Assembly (NCBI GenBank): GCA_963746675.1
Contig: CAVVBX010000020.1
Coordinates: 32,647 to 96,646 of the forward strand
DNA: 64,000 nucleotides
Direction: 5' to 3'
Source of the DNA: an uncultured Solirubrobacterales bacterium
GTDB lineage: Bacteria > Actinomycetota > Thermoleophilia > Solirubrobacterales > 70-9
The position numbers were made by a program, and so were the translations under genes. The notes under the pieces are model-generated. The model did no database searches. It worked only from the letters and a program-made list of their open reading frames with translations, and was not told the origin of the DNA. This document shows positions 49,606 through 58,177 of this stretch, one piece after another (the stretch's first letter is position 1; each line of letters opens with the position of its first letter).

Positions 49606-50505
49606 ATGATCGCCTTCGCGTCCGCGGTGACCCATACCGAGACCTACGAGCGGTGCGCCGAGCCGGGGATCCACCTGGCGGCCGAGCCCGACAGCGAGAT
49701 CCTCACCTACGGCAGCGTCGGCTCGCTGTCGCTGAACTACAACATGCTGCTCGACCGCGCCAAGCGCCTCGAGGGCCTGGAGGCGCTCGTGCTAGTCCAC
49801 CAGGACGCCGAGATCGTCAGCGGCGACTTCTGCGCGCGGGTCAGGGAGGCGCTCGAGGACCCGCAGGTGGCGATCGTCGGCTGCGTCGGCGCGGTCGGCG
49901 TGCGCAGCATCGCCTGGTGGGAGGGCTCGGTCACCTGGGCGTCATTCACCCACCGCTACCCCGAGCACGGTGGCGGCGAGTTTCCCGGCTTGAGCTGGGT
50001 CGGCGACGACGGCGCCCCTGCCTACGCCAGAACCGGCGAGGTGGACTCGATCGACGGCTTCGTGATGGCGCTCTCGCCGTGGGCGGTGCGCGCCTGCGCT
50101 TCGACGAGACCCTGGGCCCGATCCACGGCTACGACTTCGACATCTGCTGCCAGGCGCGGGCGGCCGGAAAGAAGGTGGTGACCGCGGACCTGCGGGTCGT
50201 TCACCACCACTCGCTCGGCCTGATCGGCGACATCGAGGCCTGGATCGATGCCTACGTCAGGACGGCCGAGAAGTGGAGCGATCGGATCCCCGGCGGTGGG
50301 GACCGCGCCGGGCGACTGGGAGCAGCGCGCCAGACGGGCCGAGGCAGAGGCCGCCGCCGCCCGCGTCCGGGTCGGCGAGGGCAGGCTGGTCAGCGACGCC
50401 CAGATCCGTCGCATCGAGGTGCTCGAGCGTGAGCTCGACAGCGTGCGCCGCAGCCCGAGTTGGCGGCTGACCGCGCCGCTGCGCGCGCTCAAGCGGCGGC
50501 GCTAG
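49606..50505 (+). pseudogene. paralog of 47605..48548 (GT-A-like plus coiled coil), two apparent frameshifts
   Basis: MIAFASAVTHTETYERC, LSLNYNMLL, LVLVHQDAEI. The frames change at ~50090 (LSPWAVR / LRFDETLGPIHGYDFDICCQ) and ~50300 (into GDWEQRARRAEAEAAAARV...). Confidence 0.7.
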
Positions 50506-51235
50506 AAGCTGGCCGGCGAGGCCGGCCCCCGCCGCCGGGCAGGCCGAGCCGGCAGCGAAGCAGGGTTCGAAGCACGCGGACGCCGTCGATCGCGGTGAGC
50601 TTCTTGCCTTCCTCGCGGCTGCGCGCCGTGTACGCGATCGGCACCTCGTGGATGCGGACCCCGGCGAGCAACAGGCGGGCCGTGATCTCGGGCTCGATCG
50701 CGAACCCGTCCTCGCGCAGTTCCAGGCTGCGAAAGAGCTCCGTCCGCATGCCCTTGTGGCAGGTCATGATGTCCGAGAGCCAGCAGTTGTAGAGGAGGTT
50801 GCAGGCGAAGGTGACGCCCTTGTTGCCGACGACGTACCAGAAGCTGAACGCGCTGTGAGACTCGAACGCGCGGGTGCCGAACACGGCCTCGGCGCGTCCG
50901 GCGACCAACGGCTCGAGCACCGGGCGCAGGTCGGCCGGCTCGTACTCGAGGTCGGCATCCATGATCAGCGACCAGGTGCCCTGGGCGTGCTCGAGCGCGG
51001 TTTGGATCGCGCCCCCCTTGCCACGGTTCAGCTCATGCTCGACCACCGTCACGCGCCCCGGCCAGTCGGTGTCGGCGAGGATCTCGCGGGTGCCGTCGGT
51101 GGAGCCGTCGTCGACGATCACCAGCTCGACCTCGTCCACGGGCAGGTCGGCTCCGAGAGTGCCCCGGATTGCCTGCGCGATGGTCGCCCGCTCGTTGAAC
51201 GCGGGCATCAGGATCGATAGGTCGACGCCGGTCAA
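50489..51235 (-). CDS. GT2 glycosyltransferase (polyprenyl-phosphate sugar synthase-like, soluble)
   Basis: [37 protein letters not shown]. Intact, 248 aa. Confidence 0.85.
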   Translation of the reverse strand: MTGVDLSILMPAFNERATIAQAIRGTLGADLPVDEVELVIVDDGSTDGTREILADTDWPGRVTVVEHELNRGKGGAIQTALEHAQGTWSLIMDADLEYEPADLRPVLEPLVAGRAEAVFGTRAFESHSAFSFWYVVGNKGVTFACNLLYNCWLSDIMTCHKGMRTELFRSLELREDGFAIEPEITARLLLAGVRIHEVPIAYTARSREEGKKLTAIDGVRVLRTLLRCRLGLPGGGGRPRRPASSAAA

Positions 51236-51283
51236 GGCGCGTCAAGATAGCGACCGACGCCCGGTCGGCCTCCCTTCGCTTCG

Positions 51284-52035
51284 TCAGCGCTCGAGCACCA
51301 GCCCGAGGAAGCGCTTGGTGCGCTCCTGCCGCGGGTTGCCGAGCACCTCGGCCGGCGGGCCCTCCTCGAGGATCACGCCCTCGTCCATGAACACCACCCG
51401 GCTCGCGACGTCGCGCGCGAAGCCCATCTCGTGGGTGACGACGAGCATCGTCATGCCCTCCTCGGCGAGCTCGCGCATCACGTCGAGGACCTCGCTTGAC
51501 CAGCTCGGGGTCGAGCGCGCTGGTGAGCTCGTCGAACAGCATCACGTGCGGGTCCATCGCCAGCGCCCGCGCGATCGCGACCCGCTGCTGCTGGCCGCCC
51601 GAGAGCCGGTCCGGGTACTCGTTCGCCTTCTCGGCCAGGCCGACCCGCCGGAGCAGCGCCTCGGCCTTGCTCGTGTGCCTCCGAGCCCTTCCGGTCGAGC
51701 ACCTTCTCCTGAGCGATGGAGACGTTCTCGAGCGCGCTCTTGTGCGGGAACAGGTTGAACTGCTGGAACACCATCCCGACCCGGCGGCGGACGAAGTCGA
51801 CGCCTTCGACCGCCGCGTCGCCGGTGATCTCCTTGCCCTCGAGCAGGATCCGGCCCTCCTCCGGCGGCTCGAGCAGGTTGATGCAGCGCAGCAGCGTCGA
51901 CTTGCCCGAGCCGCTCGGGCCGATCACGCAGACGACCTCCCCCCGCGCGACCTCGAGATCGACCCCCCGCAGCACGCGCAGGTCACCGAACCGCTTGCAG
52001 ACCCCATCGAGGCGCAACATCTCGGCGGCCTCCAC
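51284..52035 (-). pseudogene. polar amino-acid ABC transporter ATPase, two apparent frameshifts
   Basis: [15 protein letters not shown], then [11 protein letters not shown]...[36 protein letters not shown], then [27 protein letters not shown], in three different frames. The junctions are at ~51678 and ~51495. Confidence 0.8.
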
Positions 52036-52091
52036 GTCAGGCCTCCGCGACCTGGTGGCCGGTGGCCTCAGGCGGAAGCTCGTCCGTGCCG

Positions 52092-52854
52092 TCACCGCCG
52101 GTGGGCCTGCCTCCGCGCGAGGTGCTGCTCCTGTTCGCGGGCGATCAGGCGGTCGACCATGCGCGCGAGCGGGATCGTGACGATCAGGAAGAAGATCGCC
52201 CCCAGGATCAGCCCCGAGCCGTTGAAGAGGTTCGACTGCACGTCGCGACCGGCCTGGACCACCTCGACCGCGCCGAGGACGCTGACCAGCGAGGTGTCCT
52301 TCATCAGCGCGATGAAGTCGTTGAGCAACGGCGGGATCACCTTGGTCACCGCCTGGGGCACGATCACGTACCGCATCGACTGGCCGTGGCTCATCCCCAG
52401 CGAGCGCGCCGCCTCCATCTGCCCGCGCGGCACCGCCTCGATTCCCGCCCGGTAGACCTCCGCCATGTAGGCGCCGTAGGTGATCGTCGAGCCCGAACAC
52501 CCCGTACCAGAACGGCGAGGGCTCGCCGAACCACTCGGGGATTCCGATGAAGCGGGGGAGAACCTCGCCGCCGATCGGGGCTGCGAGGGTGCTCAGACCG
52601 CCCGAGATCAGCAGCAGCACCAGCAGCAGCGGGATCCCGCGGAAGACGTCGATGTAGCCGATCGTCAGCCATCGCACGGGCGCCAGCGCCCTGCCCGGCA
52701 GCTGCCGGAGCACCGACAGGATCAGCCCCCAGCTCAGGGCGAGCACCCCCGAGATGACCGAGAGCTTGATCGTCACCCAGAACCCGTTCAGGATCGGGCT
52801 GAAGTTGTCGCTCATGACGTTGAGGTCGAAGTAGTACTGGCGGATGAACTCCAT
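52092..52854 (-). pseudogene. amino-acid ABC transporter permease, one apparent frameshift
   Basis: ATG 52854 (MEFIRQYYFD). The junction is at ~52488 (FWYGVFGL / TITYGAYMAEVYRAGIEAVPRGQMEAARSLGM). The EAA-loop motif is present. Confidence 0.8.
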
Positions 52855-52948
52855 CTGGCTCCCCTGGGTCGAGGTCGAGCCCGACCCTATCCGTAACGCA
52901 GAGGGGGCGCCACCGGCGCCCCCTCGCGTGCGTCGATTTCGGCTTCGG

Positions 52949-53793
52949 TCAGCTCGGGTTCTCGGTCGTCCCCTCGAGCACCGACTTCGGCGGATCGGTG
53001 GTGAAGTACTTCTGGTACAGGTCGGTGAGCGTGCCGTCGTCCTTGATCGTCTGCAGCGCCTTGTCGACGGCGGCCACCAGGTCCGGGTTCTCCTTCGACA
53101 TCGCGAAGCCGTAGAACTCGTTGGTCGGGATCGTCTCGACGATCTCGATTCCCGCCCTGCTTCTCCTTCGCGTCGGCGGCGACCGGGAGGTCGATGATCG
53201 CGGCGTCGACCTGTCCCGTGACCACGGCGCTGATCGCGTCCGGGCCCTCGGGGAAGCCGCGGACCTCGGCGGCGTCGGTCTCGCTCGTTCCCGTAGGCCT
53301 CGCCGGTGGTCGCGTCCTGGGCGCTGACGATCTTGCCGGCCAGGTCGTCGGTCGACGTGATGTCCGTGTTGCCCTCGGCCACGACCAGCGCCTGGTCGGC
53401 CGCGAAGTAGGGGTCGGAGAAGTCGACCGTCTTCTGCCGGCCGGGGGTGATCGTCGACGCTGCCGCGGCGGCGTCGAATTGGCCGGCCGCGACGTTGCGG
53501 AAGATCGTGTCGAACGAGGTGTCCTGGTACTCCGGCGGTCAGCCCGAGCTGATCGGCGATCGCGTTCATGACCTCGATGTCATAGCCGGAGATGTCGGGC
53601 GGCTGGCCGATCTCGAACGGGGGTAGGGGGTGTCCGCGCCCACGAGCAGGGTGCCATCGGTGATCGTGGTGACGTCTGCACCGCCGCTCGTCGCCGTGGT
53701 GTCGCCGCTGTCGTCGCTGCCACAGCCGGTGACTGCCAGCCCGGTAGCGAATAGCGCCACGAGCCCGATCACGAGCCAAGTTCGAGTTCCTCT
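52949..53793 (-). pseudogene. amino-acid ABC substrate-binding lipoprotein, heavily frameshifted
   Basis: GTG 53793 after AAAGGGGAA. Lipobox LAVTGCGS. The pieces PFEIGQPPDISGYDIEVMNAIADQLGL, FDTIFRNVAAGQFDAA..., TDDLAGKIVSAQDATTGE, VTGQVDAAIIDLPVA and IPTNEFYGFAMSKENPDL...DDGTLTDLYQKYF lie in three frames. About 5 frame changes are needed. Confidence 0.7.
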
Positions 53794-53901
53794 CACGATT
53801 TCCCCTTTATCGAAGGCCAGAGTTGGGGTCAACATACATCTCCCGGCCCGAGGTGGCGTGTTATCGCTCGCGCGGGCGCCCATTCGTTGGGCAGCCGAAG
53901 A

Positions 53902-54630
53902 TCACGATCGCCGCGCCGCGCTCCATTCCCGCGCCTCACGCCCGAGTGCCGCCAGCGGTCCGAGGCCGTCCAGCGCCCTGACCAGGCGAGCGCGAGCGGC
54001 GACGCTCCGGGAGCCGCAGACCGCGACCGCCACCCCGTCCGCCGGGTGCTCGAAGTGCAGGCCGAGCTCGCGCTGCCAGCGCTGCAACGTCCATCGCTCG
54101 CCCGACCGCGCGGCGTCGTCGAGAATCACCTTCGCGCCCGGCGCCAGCCGGCTCGCGAGCCTCGGCAGCGCCGGGTAGCGTGAGCGCTCGAGCCCGAGGC
54201 CGGGGGACGCCGGCGGGCCGTCGACGAGCAGCAGATCGACCCCGGCCTGCGGCAGCTCGTCGAGCGCGTCGGCTGAATACCACTCGCACCCCGGTTGGGC
54301 GAGCCGGTCGGGCTTCAGCGGCGCCTCGATCACGCGAGCCTGGCCGCCGAGGCCCTCGGCGGCGATCCGTCGCCGGGTCAGACCTGCCCAGTCGCGATCG
54401 TGCTCGAGGGCGTGCAGCGTGCCGTCGCCGCGGTCGCGCAGCAGGCGCGCGATCAGGATCGTGCTCACGCCCGAGCCGCACTCGACGATTCGCCGCCGGC
54501 CAGTGGCGACCTCGGTGAGCACGAGCTCGAGCGCCCCGGGGTCGAGCGACCAATCGTTGAGGTCTATCGGCGGCCCGGCGTCGAGCAGTCGCCGCAGCCA
54601 CCCGCCTCGGGAGTGCCTCTTCGATGCCAT
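53902..54630 (-). CDS. class I SAM-dependent methyltransferase
   Basis: ATG 54630 (MASKRHSRGGW). IVECGSGVSTILIARLL motif I, LLLVDGPP. Intact. Confidence 0.7.
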   Translation of the reverse strand: MASKRHSRGGWLRRLLDAGPPIDLNDWSLDPGALELVLTEVATGRRRIVECGSGVSTILIARLLRDRGDGTLHALEHDRDWAGLTRRRIAAEGLGGQARVIEAPLKPDRLAQPGCEWYSADALDELPQAGVDLLLVDGPPASPGLGLERSRYPALPRLASRLAPGAKVILDDAARSGERWTLQRWQRELGLHFEHPADGVAVAVCGSRSVAARARLVRALDGLGPLAALGREAREWSAARRS

Positions 54631-54641
54631 GGCGCCCGAAT

Positions 54642-56222
54642 CTATCCGCCGGCTCGGGCTCCGGCCAGCCAGGCGACGGGCTCGCCGTCGGCGGAGGCGA
54701 GCTCGACCCCCAGGCGGGAGGCGATCGACGGTGCGAGGTCGAGGGCGGCGATCGGCGGCTTCGGTCCGGCCTCGATCCCTGGGCCGCGGGCTACCAGCAG
54801 GCCGTCGAGGCGATGGTCTCCGGTGCGCCAGAGCCTGTACGGGGCATGCACGACGCCGGTCTTCGGCGACCAGACCTTCTCGATCGGGCCACTGCGATTC
54901 CAATCGACGAGCAGGTCCGGGAGGGCATCGAGGGAGCGGCGCTCGTAGTGCTCGTCGGTTCGAGTGACGCGGTCGACCGCCGGCGCGCCGGTGTCGACGT
55001 TGACGAGCTCGAGCAGATCGTCGGCGAGTCGCTCGCAGATGCGATCGAGCTCGGCGCCGGGCTCGACGATCCCGTCCGGCTCGCGGCCCGCGAGGTTGAT
55101 CCGGATGCCGCCGTAGACCGTGTTGTTCGGCGAGTTGAAGAAGCGCTGGGCGTTGCGCTCTTCGACTCCGAAGCCCTCATAGACGGCGACGTCGCGGCGG
55201 CGAAGCATCGCGGCCATCGGACTCCTCGCGACCCGGCGAGCCGTGGCCGGGAGCCTTGCGTAGGCTCGTTCCGCGACCCCGCCGACGACCGTCGCGAGGC
55301 CGCGGTCGCGGGCGTCTATCCGGCGCAGCACCTCGTGCAGCATGTGCGTGCCGTCGAAGTGCTGCGCCATCCCGTGACTGAGCAGGGCGATGACGGTGGT
55401 TTCGGGCCCCGCGGACTCGAGGTGAGCGGCGAGGGCGCGGTCGAGCTCTCGGTAGAGCTCGACGACCGGGTCCCCGAGCGCGGCGGCGCGCCCGGGGTCA
55501 TGCTCCGGATGGCCTCGGTCGTGGACGTGCCAGAGCTGGTGGCCGATCGCGTGGCTCTCACCGAAGATCGAGACGAACAGGTCCCAATCGGATCGTCCGA
55601 GCAGCTCGAGCGAGAGCGCTGTCTTGGCACGGGCGCCGGCGATCAACTCCGAGGCGAGGCGACGCTCCTCGTCGAGGGTGCGCCGGTCGCCCGCACGGGC
55701 GAAGTAGTCGTCGGGCGCGAACTCGCGCTCGGCGTGCCCGTCGATGCCGAACACCGGATGGAGGCCGAAGCGATCTTCGATCTCCCTGGCGAGCTCCGGG
55801 GGGGAGGTGGCGAGGCCGAAGTGGCGATCGTGGCATCCCCACTCGCTGATCTCGATCCCGTCGAACCGCTCCCCCGCGCGGGCGTGCGGTACGTCGATCG
55901 CAGCGACCCTGCGTCCAGACTCCGAGATCACGCGCCAGAACGGCGGTGCGCCGAGCTCGTTGGGGCTGGTGAGGCGGCGCTCATAGGTGCCGGCGACGAT
56001 CTCCTCCCAGCAGTGAAAGCCGGTCTCGGTCACCGACCGTGAGGTGAACAACGTCGGCCAGACCGCGCCGACGACGAAGCCGTACGGATTCTTCGTCTCG
56101 GCGGTCGCGCCCGTCTCCAGCAGCTCGGCGATCGCCGGCAGCCTCCCGCTCGCGGCAAGCTCGCGCGCGAGCGCCGGATCGAACGCGTCGAGGCCGATGA
56201 GGATGACGCGCCGGGCGCTCAC
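54642..56222 (-). CDS. alkaline-phosphatase superfamily (type I phosphodiesterase/nucleotide pyrophosphatase-like) protein
   Basis: GTG 56222 forms a GTGA overlap with the upstream GT2 stop. VILIGLDAFDP at the N-terminus, with LLSHGM later. 526 aa, intact. Confidence 0.65.
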   Translation of the reverse strand: MSARRVILIGLDAFDPALARELAASGRLPAIAELLETGATAETKNPYGFVVGAVWPTLFTSRSVTETGFHCWEEIVAGTYERRLTSPNELGAPPFWRVISESGRRVAAIDVPHARAGERFDGIEISEWGCHDRHFGLATSPPELAREIEDRFGLHPVFGIDGHAEREFAPDDYFARAGDRRTLDEERRLASELIAGARAKTALSLELLGRSDWDLFVSIFGESHAIGHQLWHVHDRGHPEHDPGRAAALGDPVVELYRELDRALAAHLESAGPETTVIALLSHGMAQHFDGTHMLHEVLRRIDARDRGLATVVGGVAERAYARLPATARRVARSPMAAMLRRRDVAVYEGFGVEERNAQRFFNSPNNTVYGGIRINLAGREPDGIVEPGAELDRICERLADDLLELVNVDTGAPAVDRVTRTDEHYERRSLDALPDLLVDWNRSGPIEKVWSPKTGVVHAPYRLWRTGDHRLDGLLVARGPGIEAGPKPPIAALDLAPSIASRLGVELASADGEPVAWLAGARAGG

Positions 56223-57181
56223 GGGCCGCCGCGAGTCGCCCGGACCCGCTTGCGCACCGTCGCCGTGTCGTCGTCCATGGTCGGTCCGCCCGTCAGCCTG
56301 CCGGGCGCGTCGGTCGCGTAGAGGCAGGCGATCGCCGGCAGCACCACCGGATCGCGCTCGGCGCAGAGGCGCGCCAGCAGGTCCCAATCCGCCATCGTCA
56401 CCAAGCCCTCGTCGAAGCGCGCCTCGGGTAGTCCCGCGCGGTGGGCGATCGCGGATATGTCGGCGAGGTTGTCGTCTCCAAGCCGCTCGCGGTCGAAGGG
56501 GTTGAGGTACGCCTGCGGCATCGCCGCGGGCAGCTCCTCGTCGGCGCGGTTGACGTCGTCGATGACGATCGCGCCGTAGGCGACTTGGGTCTCGGGGCGC
56601 TGCTCGAAGGCCCAGGCGACGGACTTGAGCCAGCCCGGGTGCATCAGGTTGTCGTCGTCGAGGTATGCGATCAGCGCACCGGTAGCCTCGCCGAGGCCGG
56701 CGTTGCGCGCGGCGCCGACCCCGGAGTGGTCGATGCGCAGGGGGCGCAGCCGTCGGTCGGAGATCGACTCCAACAGCTCGGTGGTGTCGTCGGAGCTGCC
56801 GTCGTCGATGACGACGAGCTCGAAGTCGGGATAGGTCTGCGCGAACACCGACGCAATCGCCCGCGATAGGAGCTCGGAGCGGTTGCGCGTCGGCATGATC
56901 ACCGAGATCGCCGGGTTCGTCGCCAGGGTCGCGTACTCGATCCAGGTCATCACCGGTCCGATCGCGGCCAGCTCCTCGAGCCGATCCAGGCGCTGGTTCG
57001 CGGCGTCGTAGTGGACCCGCATCGAGCCCACGAGCTCGGTCGTGCCGGCGCGTTGGCGCAGGCGCGCCGTCAGCGCCTCGGCCGGCCCCTGCTCCCGCAA
57101 CTCGGCGCGCCATCGCTGCAGACGCTCGCGAGGCGATCGGCGGGCATGCTCGTGTCGGTCTCCGTTCACCGCCGCCAGCAT
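56219..57181 (-). CDS. GT2 glycosyltransferase with N-terminal helical extension
   Basis: ISVIMPTRNRSE, VVIDDGSSD, AYLDDDN. The N-terminal ~85 aa are Arg/Glu/Leu-rich. Confidence 0.8.
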   Translation of the reverse strand: MLAAVNGDRHEHARRSPRERLQRWRAELREQGPAEALTARLRQRAGTTELVGSMRVHYDAANQRLDRLEELAAIGPVMTWIEYATLATNPAISVIMPTRNRSELLSRAIASVFAQTYPDFELVVIDDGSSDDTTELLESISDRRLRPLRIDHSGVGAARNAGLGEATGALIAYLDDDNLMHPGWLKSVAWAFEQRPETQVAYGAIVIDDVNRADEELPAAMPQAYLNPFDRERLGDDNLADISAIAHRAGLPEARFDEGLVTMADWDLLARLCAERDPVVLPAIACLYATDAPGRLTGGPTMDDDTATVRKRVRATRGGP

Positions 57182-57211
57182 ATGCCGGGGGTTACTACAC
57201 TTTCTATAGCG

Positions 57212-58177
57212 ATGCTCGAGCCGACGCTCAACCGGCCCTGTGGAGGCCGCTATGGCAACCTCGTCGAGGCCGTCGGCAACACGCCGCTGGTCGAGTTGCC
57301 GCGCCTCTCGCCGAAGCCGGGGGTGCGCATCTTCGCCAAGCTCGAGGGCCGCAACCCGACCGGCTCGGTCAAGGACCGGGTCGCCAAGGCGATGATCGAG
57401 GCGGCCGAGGAGGAGGGGTCGATCGAGCCGGGGCAGACGATCCTCGAGCCGACCTCTGGGAACACCGGGATCTCACTGGCGATGATCTGCGGCCGCAAGG
57501 GCTATCCGGTCAAGGTGGTGATGCCCGACAACGTCACCGAGGAGCGCACTCAGCTACTGCGCATGTTCGGCGCCGAGATCGTCTACTCGGAGGGCGCCAA
57601 GGGTTCCAACGGCGCGGTCATGCTGGCCCTCGAGATGGCCGCCGCCGACTCCTCATACCACATGCCCTACCAGTACGGCAACGCGGCCAATCCCGGCGCT
57701 CATTACCACGGCACCGCGGTCGAGATTCTCGACGAGCTCGACCAGGTGAGCGCGTTCGTCGCCGGGCTCGGCACGGGCGGCACGCTGATGGGAGTCGGGC
57801 GCCGGCTGAAGGAGAACGATCCCGAGACGAGGATCGTCGCCGCCGAGCCGATGCAGGGTGAGCTCGTCCAGGGGTTGCGCTCGCTCGAGGACGGCTTCAT
57901 TCCGCCGATCATCGATCTCTCGCTGCTCGACCGCAAGATCATGGTCTCCAACCGCGACGCGATCGTCTGGACCCAGCGGCTGCTGCACGAGGAGGGCTTG
58001 TTCGCCGGGGTCTCCGCCGGGGCGATCGCAGCGATCTGCGTCCGTATCGCCGGTGAGCTCGACCAGGGCAACATCGTCTTCATCGTCCCCGACGACGGTT
58101 GGAAATACCTCTCGTCAGGCGTATACACCACACCTGTGGAGGAGCTCGAAGGCGTCGAGTCCACCGTTTGGTGGTAG
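57212..58177 (+). CDS. cysM: cysteine synthase, CysM (CysO-thiocarboxylate-dependent) type
   Basis: ATG 57212. NPTGSVKDR (PLP Lys), TSGNTGISLA, YQYGNAANPGAHY, DDGWKYLSSG. The overall pattern is close to my recollection of M. tuberculosis CysM, including the extended C-terminus. Confidence 0.85.
   Translation: MLEPTLNRPCGGRYGNLVEAVGNTPLVELPRLSPKPGVRIFAKLEGRNPTGSVKDRVAKAMIEAAEEEGSIEPGQTILEPTSGNTGISLAMICGRKGYPVKVVMPDNVTEERTQLLRMFGAEIVYSEGAKGSNGAVMLALEMAAADSSYHMPYQYGNAANPGAHYHGTAVEILDELDQVSAFVAGLGTGGTLMGVGRRLKENDPETRIVAAEPMQGELVQGLRSLEDGFIPPIIDLSLLDRKIMVSNRDAIVWTQRLLHEEGLFAGVSAGAIAAICVRIAGELDQGNIVFIVPDDGWKYLSSGVYTTPVEELEGVESTVWW

Noticed and set aside
51478-53382. The 634-aa ORF that looks like an ATPase-permease-binding-protein fusion.
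   Set aside because: It is an accidental open frame across three frameshifted ABC genes. Each gene's conserved motifs continue in other frames.
54642-57113. The 823-aa ORF taken as one protein.
   Set aside because: Upstream of GTG 56222 it is Arg/Pro-rich shadow of the GT2 gene, which has clear motifs in its own frame.
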